In this document: positions 57,067 through 64,000 of the stretch, piece after piece
Position numbering within the stretch: position 1 is the first letter of the stretch
Layout of the letters: each line of letters begins with the position of its first letter
Virus record (IMG/VR): IMGVR_UViG_3300028805_003982
Source: a virus
Taxonomy: Duplodnaviria > Caudoviricetes
DNA: 64,000 nt
Direction: 5' to 3' (one strand)
The notes under the pieces: generated by a model
Told to the model about the DNA's origin: nothing
The model's database searches: none
The model's input: only the letters and a program-made list of their open reading frames with translations
Program-made: the position numbers and the translations under genes

Positions 57067-59988
57067 ATGGCTTTAGGTAAGAAATTGAAGGCAACAAGGT
57101 TTTTAAAGATTCCTTCTAAGGTCGCTGATACTATCGCAGTGTCGCAGGTCGATACTGATACCGGTATCTTTTATCACGGTGACGGGATCTATACGCAGCA
57201 GTATTATTTTGACGACGTTAACTTTGAGACCTTGTCAGAAGACGATAAGTATCTGGTTTTTGAAAAGTACAGCGCATTGATCAATTCTTTTGCTAACGGC
57301 GGCGAGTTTAAGATCACCCTTAATAACAGGAAGATCGATGCAAATCTTTTCGGGCAGAATTGTTTCCTTGCCATGCAGGATGACGGTTTTGATAATCTCA
57401 GAAACGAGATGAATTCAAACATACACAACAAATTGGCTAAGTCTGACGGCTTGGACACTCAGCTTATTCTGACTCTTCGTGTTTATGCAGACAGTTGGGC
57501 GGATGCTGAAGAACAGCTGCATCGTATGGCGATCGTTGCTGAGATGCGTCTTAAAGAGATCGGTTCTTCTCTTACTGAGCTGAAGTGTAATGAAAGGCTC
57601 AGATTGCTCTATTCGTTCTATCACAGGGGAGAAGAGTGGTTCTTTGATTCCGGCATCCTGATCAATGATAAGACCGGAAAGCCTGTCATAGACAAGAAGA
57701 CAGGCAGCCCTAAGAGGGTCGGCGGGTTTGATCTTACGAGAGAAAAGATCCTCGGTAATGATGTTACTACGGTTCTTGCGCCTACAAACATAAAGGTTGA
57801 GGCGTCGCAGATCATCATGCAGAACGGCAAGGAAGACAACGTCAAATATGCCAGGGTGTTGTATGTTAAGGATTACGGTACTTTTATAAGCGATAACGCT
57901 CTCTACGTTACGCTTGGCGTACCTACTGCATCTTGCATGAGTATAGATGTCGGCATTGTTAACCCGGCTGAAGCAGTCAAAGTCGTTGAAGGCAAACTGG
58001 ATATTATCGAGAACAAGATTACTAAATGGCAGTTCTCACAGAACAAGTCTATGAACTTTTCTGCTACTATCCCGTACCGTTTTGATAACCAGCGTCAGGA
58101 AGTAAGGCAGTTTCTTGCAGATCTCAATGAGCGTGACCAGATGATGTGTGAGACTTGTATCACCATATTTATCATGGAAGACACTTTGGAAGACCTGGAT
58201 AGGGATACTAAGCTTATCATCGACAACGCCAGCCGTGCGGGAATAGAGCTTGCGGTTCCCAAGAATCAGCAGCTTGAAGGCTTTAATACCGCTATTCCTC
58301 TCGGTGTCTATCAGATCGCGCATAAGCGTACTCTGACTACTGAGTGTCTTGCCATGCAGATGCCTTTCAGAACACAGAACATCATGCACGAAAACGGCGT
58401 TTATTACGGTGTTAATCCGCTTTCCAAGAAGATCATTACGGTTAACAGGGCGAAGCTCGTATCAGGTAACGCGTTTATCCTTGGTACAACAGGTTCCGGT
58501 AAGTCTGTTACGGCTAAATTGGAGATCCTTTCCACGGCGCTTCGTGGTGAGATGGATATCATCATAGTTGACCCTGAGCGTGAGTATGGCGCGTTGGTCA
58601 AACAGCTTGGCGGCGAGATCATTCAGATGAGCTCTACCGGAGACGTTCACATCAATGCTATGGAATGTCAGGCAGGATACGGGGATTCAGACAGTGGACT
58701 TAACCCTATAGCGGCTAAATCAGAGTTCATAACGCATTTGATCACCAAGATCAACGGCGTGCCTTTGAGAGCTGACGAGAAGTCGCTTATCGACAGAGCC
58801 GTCAGACGTGTCTTGGGCCCGTATGTCAGATCCAAGGGCAACGGCAAGGTTAAAGTCCCTACGCTTGTTGACCTGAAGGCAGAACTCGAATCCTACAAAG
58901 AGGAGGCCGCACATGACGTAGCGATCGCCCTTGAGCGTTTTACCACGGGTTCATTGGACATTTTTGCTCAGGAAAGTAACGTAGATATTCACAGCCGTAT
59001 CGTCTGCTACGATTTTTACGAGCTTGGTACTGAGTTAAAGCCTTTGGCAATGCTTGTAACGCTCGATAATATCCAGAGCAGGATCGCAAAGAACAGGGCA
59101 GAGGGAAGACATACCGCCGTTTATATTGATGAGATCTATCTCATGTTCCAGGATCAGGGCTCGGAAGAATATCTGATGAACCTCTGGAAGCGTGTAAGAA
59201 AGTACGGTGCCTACATGGTCGGTATTACTCAGAACATCGGAGACCTTCTTGTGTCTAACGGTGCAAGGGATATGCTGTCGAACAGTAACTTCCTTATTCT
59301 CTTAACACAGGCGCCGGGAGATCGTGTAGCTTTGGCAAAGCTTCTGAACATTTCCGATAAACAGATGCCTTATATCATCAGCGGCAATCACGGTGAAGGT
59401 CTTATCAAGGTCGGCGGAGCCATGATCCCGTTTGAGAACAAGCTTGATACTGACGGCGAGATCTATAAGATGGTTACGACAAATCTTGATGACCTTAACA
59501 GGATAAAGGCAGAACGCGAGGCACAGATGGAAGCGGCAGCCAACGAAGAGTCTTCTATAGACCCTTATGTAGACGAGACATTTAATTATGTTTCGAACGT
59601 TGATGCGGTAGATCCTGCCGATGACGAAGTTTCTGCCGAGAGCGGGAACGAAGACGTGGATATTGAGGTTCCTGAAGAGACAGTTGAAGAAACATCCGTG
59701 TCAAACGATATCAAGGAAGACACATCCGATACAAATGTGGTTGATGTTGATGCAATTGAGGCTGAATGTGCAAAAGCTGATGAAGATGCGGGTCTTGTAC
59801 CGGCCCAGGAGTCAAGTGCTGTTGCGGTAAAGGCTGAAGCCGACACGGAGGACAAGGCCAAAGACAGCGCTGAAATAAAAGAAACAGGTAATACTATTAA
59901 TGATGAAGCTCCTTTCAAATCCGAGGCGTCGGAAGATGCCGAAGAGCCGGATGAGTGGGATGAATATTATAAGTATTACAACGATTGA
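57067..59988 (+). CDS. virB4: VirB4-like conjugative ATPase with acidic tail
   Basis: YYGVN, GTTGSGKS, VDPEREY, HINAM, YIDEIY, RKYGA..GITQN. Confidence 0.95.
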   Translation: MALGKKLKATRFLKIPSKVADTIAVSQVDTDTGIFYHGDGIYTQQYYFDDVNFETLSEDDKYLVFEKYSALINSFANGGEFKITLNNRKIDANLFGQNCFLAMQDDGFDNLRNEMNSNIHNKLAKSDGLDTQLILTLRVYADSWADAEEQLHRMAIVAEMRLKEIGSSLTELKCNERLRLLYSFYHRGEEWFFDSGILINDKTGKPVIDKKTGSPKRVGGFDLTREKILGNDVTTVLAPTNIKVEASQIIMQNGKEDNVKYARVLYVKDYGTFISDNALYVTLGVPTASCMSIDVGIVNPAEAVKVVEGKLDIIENKITKWQFSQNKSMNFSATIPYRFDNQRQEVRQFLADLNERDQMMCETCITIFIMEDTLEDLDRDTKLIIDNASRAGIELAVPKNQQLEGFNTAIPLGVYQIAHKRTLTTECLAMQMPFRTQNIMHENGVYYGVNPLSKKIITVNRAKLVSGNAFILGTTGSGKSVTAKLEILSTALRGEMDIIIVDPEREYGALVKQLGGEIIQMSSTGDVHINAMECQAGYGDSDSGLNPIAAKSEFITHLITKINGVPLRADEKSLIDRAVRRVLGPYVRSKGNGKVKVPTLVDLKAELESYKEEAAHDVAIALERFTTGSLDIFAQESNVDIHSRIVCYDFYELGTELKPLAMLVTLDNIQSRIAKNRAEGRHTAVYIDEIYLMFQDQGSEEYLMNLWKRVRKYGAYMVGITQNIGDLLVSNGARDMLSNSNFLILLTQAPGDRVALAKLLNISDKQMPYIISGNHGEGLIKVGGAMIPFENKLDTDGEIYKMVTTNLDDLNRIKAEREAQMEAAANEESSIDPYVDETFNYVSNVDAVDPADDEVSAESGNEDVDIEVPEETVEETSVSNDIKEDTSDTNVVDVDAIEAECAKADEDAGLVPAQESSAVAVKAEADTEDKAKDSAEIKETGNTINDEAPFKSEASEDAEEPDEWDEYYKYYND

Positions 59989-60013
59989 GTAACTTATTGC
60001 AGGGGGAAAGATT

Positions 60014-62482
60014 ATGTCTGAACAGGATGTAAACGGAATGCATAATGAGAGAACGGAAGATTTTCTTACTGAGCTGATTCCGCCCGAAGAAAGTAATATG
60101 ACGACCCCTGTTTTATTGTCGGATGGGGCGGAGAAAGATAATAGTTCGGAGGTCAACCCTGATGACCTTTACGAAGGCGTCAGGGCTCCGAAATTGCTTG
60201 AAACACCTGCCGAAGAACCGGTATCGAAGGCGGACAATGATGCTGAGGTAAGCGAATCTTTTAAGGGGCCTCTTTTTAAAGAGGAGGATCTGGTCGAAGC
60301 CGTTGACGAGATCAAATCCCCGGTTTTGTCGAATTCGGTAAAACAAGAAACGGAGTTTAAAGAGCCCGTTTTAAAGGAACCGGATCTGCAGGATCTGTCA
60401 GACCCTTTAGCATATTCAGCTAGGGAAAAGGCTTTGGCGAGCAGACAGCTTGAGGATTCGCAAAAAAGCCATCGACCGGTATTGGTGAGTGATGATGATG
60501 CTTTATTGTCTTTGGAAGAAACCATGTCTGTTGACTCCAAAAAGGAGAAGCACAACAAAAAGCACTCTTCTGTGGAAAACCCTGAAGACGGCGGTGTTAA
60601 GGCTCCTTTGTGGCAAGGCAATGACGATGATTTTATTTCTGAGTATGCGGACATAGGGGCAGACAAACAGGCTCCCGTTAAAAAAACGCCGGTGAAAAAA
60701 GAAGATGCAAGTAATATGCTTGCCGGTACTCATGTCGGACTGCTTGATTCCGGCAGCGGCAGTGCGGGTCCCGGAGAAACTAACCCCTTAGGTAAAATAG
60801 AGGAAGGTGCGAAAAAGGCAACCGAAACAGCTAAACAGGTGGGAAGAAAGTCGTCGGTTAAAAGCAGACTTCAGAACAAAAAAGGTGTACGCGCCGATTG
60901 GACTAATGTTGCGGGTGCTGTCAAAAAAAGTCAGGACGACATGTGGAAAGGCATGGATTCTTTAGAAGATGTAGCTTCTAAAGGTCTTGATGGCTTTAAG
61001 GGGGCTTTAGGTTCTCCTAATGATTTAAAAGCCAATGACGGAAATGTTGATTATGACTTTAATGATAAAGACTTCAACAAAGTTGAAGGTCTTGGAAAAT
61101 CCGGTGCTAATACCGGTTATGCTAAAGGACGGGAAGGGCTTAAGTCGGCGGCAGGCGCTCCGGTGAACGGTGCTGATAGAGTAGGTCATTTATATAATCG
61201 CAAGAAGCAGATCGAGCGTCTGATCGCCAAAAGAAAAGAAAAACTGGCAGTTAAGGATCGTTTACAAAAACAAGCTGTAGAAGCACAAAAAACAGCCGCA
61301 ACTGCAAGTCGGGTGAGGAAAGCTAACGCTGTGGTTAAAACAGGTCAGCAAGCGGCTAATGCGGCAACTCAGACAGGAATAAAAGGCGCACAGATCGGTG
61401 CGAAGGCATCAAAAGAGGTGGCAAAACATACTACTCGCGCTGCCGTAAAAACTACTGAAGCGGCCGCTAAAACGACAGTTAAAACGGTTGAAACATCCGC
61501 TAAGGCTTCTGCTGCGGCCGGTAAAACGGCGGCGTCAATCGCTAAGGCGGCATCAGGTCCTTGGGGCTGGTTATTGTTGCTTATTGAAATAGTTTTGGTC
61601 TTTTTGTTTTTCGTACTTATTATTGTCATGCTTTTATTCTTTATTGTGTCTTTAGAACAGCCCGCTTCCGGCATTGATGAAGAAGGGTTAGCCACCTCGC
61701 AGCAACGTGTTGAGTTTCAGCAACATTTGTTTACAATGTTAAAAGTTTATCATGATAAGGGAAAAAATGTTTTAGGCTGGTCGTATTATAATGCCGCTTT
61801 GGCAGCAGCTGAATTTGATCCGTCGGTGTTAAACAATATATCGGCCACCGCAAAAGCCGCGTATGGTGATGATACTTGGGGAAAAAATCTTTTTAGTCAA
61901 GGTTCTGCAGGTCGTACTAGTATAGGAAACATTTCTACTTCTTGGTGTGCTCATTGGGCTACTTACGCATATCAAAGCGGCGGCTGGGACTACGATGTTA
62001 ATTCAGCAAATAGAACCGCTTTTAACAGAGAACGCGATTATACTTATAACAACCTTTTTGTTCTTCCCAGTAATGGATGTACTTATGAATTAAAATGGTT
62101 TATCAGTAAACAACGTGCTGCTGCTTGGGGCGGATTGATAAGTCGTAGTGCATCGTATACTGATTTTTCATATTTTCCGACTGTTGGAGACTATGTTTTT
62201 AAGGTATATTTCCCAGACGGACATGCAGGCGATTGGGATTATGTGAAGCCTTTTACACTTAATAATCAGGTTTGGTATAAGTCTGGTCATGCCGAAATCG
62301 TATTATCAGTAGATTATAATAAGCATTGTTTTTATACAGTATGCGGAAATGGTTCTCAAAATACGGTTTGTATTAGAAAGTATGTCGTGGGCGGTTCAAG
62401 TCCTAACCACATTCCTTACATTGAAGCTTTTGGCCGTGTCTTCTCAAGACCCGCCGAAGCATATCCTGCAGCTCCGACATAA
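60014..62482 (+). CDS. Conjugation-associated cell wall hydrolase (CHAP-like, VirB1 analog)
   Basis: Acidic N-terminus, Ala/Lys/Thr-rich region, TM, WCAHWA (Cys)...GHAEIV...YTVCGN. Confidence 0.75.
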   Translation: MSEQDVNGMHNERTEDFLTELIPPEESNMTTPVLLSDGAEKDNSSEVNPDDLYEGVRAPKLLETPAEEPVSKADNDAEVSESFKGPLFKEEDLVEAVDEIKSPVLSNSVKQETEFKEPVLKEPDLQDLSDPLAYSAREKALASRQLEDSQKSHRPVLVSDDDALLSLEETMSVDSKKEKHNKKHSSVENPEDGGVKAPLWQGNDDDFISEYADIGADKQAPVKKTPVKKEDASNMLAGTHVGLLDSGSGSAGPGETNPLGKIEEGAKKATETAKQVGRKSSVKSRLQNKKGVRADWTNVAGAVKKSQDDMWKGMDSLEDVASKGLDGFKGALGSPNDLKANDGNVDYDFNDKDFNKVEGLGKSGANTGYAKGREGLKSAAGAPVNGADRVGHLYNRKKQIERLIAKRKEKLAVKDRLQKQAVEAQKTAATASRVRKANAVVKTGQQAANAATQTGIKGAQIGAKASKEVAKHTTRAAVKTTEAAAKTTVKTVETSAKASAAAGKTAASIAKAASGPWGWLLLLIEIVLVFLFFVLIIVMLLFFIVSLEQPASGIDEEGLATSQQRVEFQQHLFTMLKVYHDKGKNVLGWSYYNAALAAAEFDPSVLNNISATAKAAYGDDTWGKNLFSQGSAGRTSIGNISTSWCAHWATYAYQSGGWDYDVNSANRTAFNRERDYTYNNLFVLPSNGCTYELKWFISKQRAAAWGGLISRSASYTDFSYFPTVGDYVFKVYFPDGHAGDWDYVKPFTLNNQVWYKSGHAEIVLSVDYNKHCFYTVCGNGSQNTVCIRKYVVGGSSPNHIPYIEAFGRVFSRPAEAYPAAPT

Positions 62483-62507
62483 ACAGACAATTATATAACT
62501 CTTCTTT

Positions 62508-62534
62508 ACAGGGCTCCGGCAGGGGCCCTGTTTT
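62508..62534 (+). terminator. Terminator
   Basis: ACAGGGCTCC-ggca-GGGGCCCTGT-TTT. Confidence 0.8.
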
Positions 62535-62639
62535 GTCATTTTCGGGAGGATATAAGGATCTGTTTTTGTCATTTTCAGCCTGATTGTACAATTTATAGTA
62601 CTGACCGAAAAAATATCACCAAACGGCGGTTTTAGGGGC

Positions 62640-62666
62640 TCTATTTTGAAATGCGTCTGTTATAAT
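62640..62666 (+). promoter_or_regulatory. Class B promoter motif, partial copy 4
   Basis: TCTA-N15-GTTATAAT (lacks the AAGAY box). Confidence 0.5.
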
Positions 62667-62807
62667 ACTCGTAGGAAAACCAATAGGAAATCAAAGAAGA
62701 TAACTATTCGGCTACCTACAACAACTTTTGTGAATCCGGTTACGACTACAAACCCTCATTTACAAAAACCAAAATCATTATTATTTATTTTAAGGAGAAG
62801 AATCATT

Positions 62808-63836
62808 ATGAGTAAGACTTATTCAGACACAGACGGTATGAAGTTTTCATTGAATGACGTTATTTGCATCAGTTCCAACATCAAGAAGCAGGGAGAATGG
62901 CAGGGTAAGGCAACGGGATACAAGCTCGGTTTGGTAGTCACCGACGCACAGTACGACGAGCTCATGAATTCAGCTCGCCAGGTAGCCATCAACAACAGGG
63001 ATAAGGCGATCTTGGATGACTCTAAGTTTGCGTATGCGGCAGAAGTCAGGAGCCAGTTCTGCAGGAACGACGCCGGTAAGGTGATCAGCCCTTCAAGACT
63101 TCTTGGCGGCAAGCCTGCAATGAAGGCCGATAAGGTTACCTTCGATGACGGCAAGATGCTCATTACGATCAAGCTGCCTTCCAAGAACGTTAATATCAAC
63201 TATAACGGCATGATCATACCGACACAGCAGCTTTCGACAGGATTCCACCTCGGTACTGTTGATCCCAACACCGGCAAGTGGGTTAATGTCAGGGATATCT
63301 CAACATATCTTACCGACAGAGAGCTTGCAGGTCACCGTGTTAATATCAACGGTTGGGTTAACTTCTTCGCAGGCAATGAATCTATCAACGCCGGTATTTC
63401 GGTCAAGGCATTTAATGTGGTCGATCTCGGTTCCGTAGGCAACTACATCAATCCCGAAGACGACTTCGAGGCTTATTTTAACAGCTTCGCCAACAATACA
63501 CCTGCACCTACTCTGGCACAGCAGGCAGCAACGGCTCCGGCGGCTTTCCAGCCTGTTCAGAACCCTGCTCCTCAGCAGGTTCCCCAGCCCGCTCCTCAGA
63601 TGCCTCAGCAGCCTCAGCAGCCTCAGATGCCTCAGATGCCTCAGCAGGGCGTTCCCATGCAGAATGTTCAGCAGTCTCCGCTTCCGTTTACGTTTGACGG
63701 ACAGGCTGCTCCTCAGCAGGTTCCCCAGCCCGCTCCTTCACAGGCTCCCGCAGGATATCCCCAGCAGGGTGTTCCCATGCAGAATGTTCAGCAGAACTTT
63801 CAGGGCGGCTATCCCGGAGGTCCTTACGAACTCTGA
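62808..63836 (+). CDS. Probable phage-type (T7 gp2.5-like) ssDNA-binding protein with Gln/Pro tail
   Basis: TAAGGAG SD; beta-rich core ending GISVKAFNVVDLG..EDDF; long Q/P/A low-complexity tail. Confidence 0.5.
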   Translation: MSKTYSDTDGMKFSLNDVICISSNIKKQGEWQGKATGYKLGLVVTDAQYDELMNSARQVAINNRDKAILDDSKFAYAAEVRSQFCRNDAGKVISPSRLLGGKPAMKADKVTFDDGKMLITIKLPSKNVNINYNGMIIPTQQLSTGFHLGTVDPNTGKWVNVRDISTYLTDRELAGHRVNINGWVNFFAGNESINAGISVKAFNVVDLGSVGNYINPEDDFEAYFNSFANNTPAPTLAQQAATAPAAFQPVQNPAPQQVPQPAPQMPQQPQQPQMPQMPQQGVPMQNVQQSPLPFTFDGQAAPQQVPQPAPSQAPAGYPQQGVPMQNVQQNFQGGYPGGPYEL

Positions 63837-63873
63837 TCTGTCATAATATACGATCTTATACGATAATCTCTTG

Positions 63874-63907
63874 TCGCCCCGGTTGTAGTCGCCGGGGCGA
63901 TTTTTTT
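63874..63907 (+). terminator. Rho-independent terminator (intron target site)
   Basis: TCGCCCCGGT-tgtagtc-GCCGGGGCGA-TTTTTTT. Confidence 0.9.
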
Positions 63908-63908
63908 A

Positions 63909-64000
63909 GTATGACGGGCATGTCCCGAACCTCAGGTGAAAGTCCTGAGGGGCGTAGTTGCCGACGAACCTTAAAGCGACTTGCAAGGTTTGTATCGTGA
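63909..64000 (+). mobile_element. Group II intron (class IIC), 5' end, truncated by window
   Basis: Begins GTATG (GUGYG-like), then GGGCATGTCCC, CTCAG-GTGAAAGTC-CTGAG, GTAGTTGCC typical of IIC domain I; inserted just after a terminator U-tract. Confidence 0.8.

Noticed and set aside
62530-62576. TTTTGTCATTTTC direct repeat as iterons or an origin
   Set aside because: Only two copies and no rep gene in the window
1-64000. Prophage or tRNA genes
   Set aside because: No terminase, capsid, tail or integrase motifs and no tRNA cloverleaf recognised

Overview
A 64-kb, gene-dense window with essentially all genes on the + strand. It reads as part of a large conjugative element (megaplasmid or ICE) of a Clostridia-type Firmicute; the host assignment is an inference from the sortase, lipoprotein and T4SS types. 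Left to right: (1) a truncated class B sortase; a ~615-nt highly structured non-coding RNA (755-1370, ROOL-like, with an rrn-type boxA); a HExxH protein; a small anti-SD-bearing RNA; uracil-DNA glycosylase. (2) Two tandem FCT-type pilus cassettes (pilin, SipA-like dead signal peptidase, sortase B) and two paralogous adhesins. (3) Pro/Thr-stalked lipoproteins, a membrane-anchored GIY-YIG nuclease, a HEPN-CBS protein, more lipoproteins and surface proteins, and a block of phage-like small genes including an HD hydrolase. (4) A third pilus cassette with a 3221-aa LRR adhesin. (5) A conjugation region: Toprim protein, HAD nucleotidase, short MOBP relaxase, VirD4, VirB2-like, VirB6-like, PrgI, VirB4, CHAP hydrolase and a probable phage-type SSB. 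The window ends in the 5' end of a group IIC intron inserted right after a terminator. The most notable observation is a 56-bp fixed-spacing promoter motif (AAAGGWKCCGWRTTTTCCTA-N4-WAGAY-N19-GTTAYAWT). It occurs three times, each time directly upstream of an apparent non-coding RNA (the ROOL-like RNA and two ~100-nt RNAs), suggesting a dedicated ncRNA regulon. A second promoter class precedes transfer/DNA genes. All family calls come from motif recognition by eye; no searches were run.
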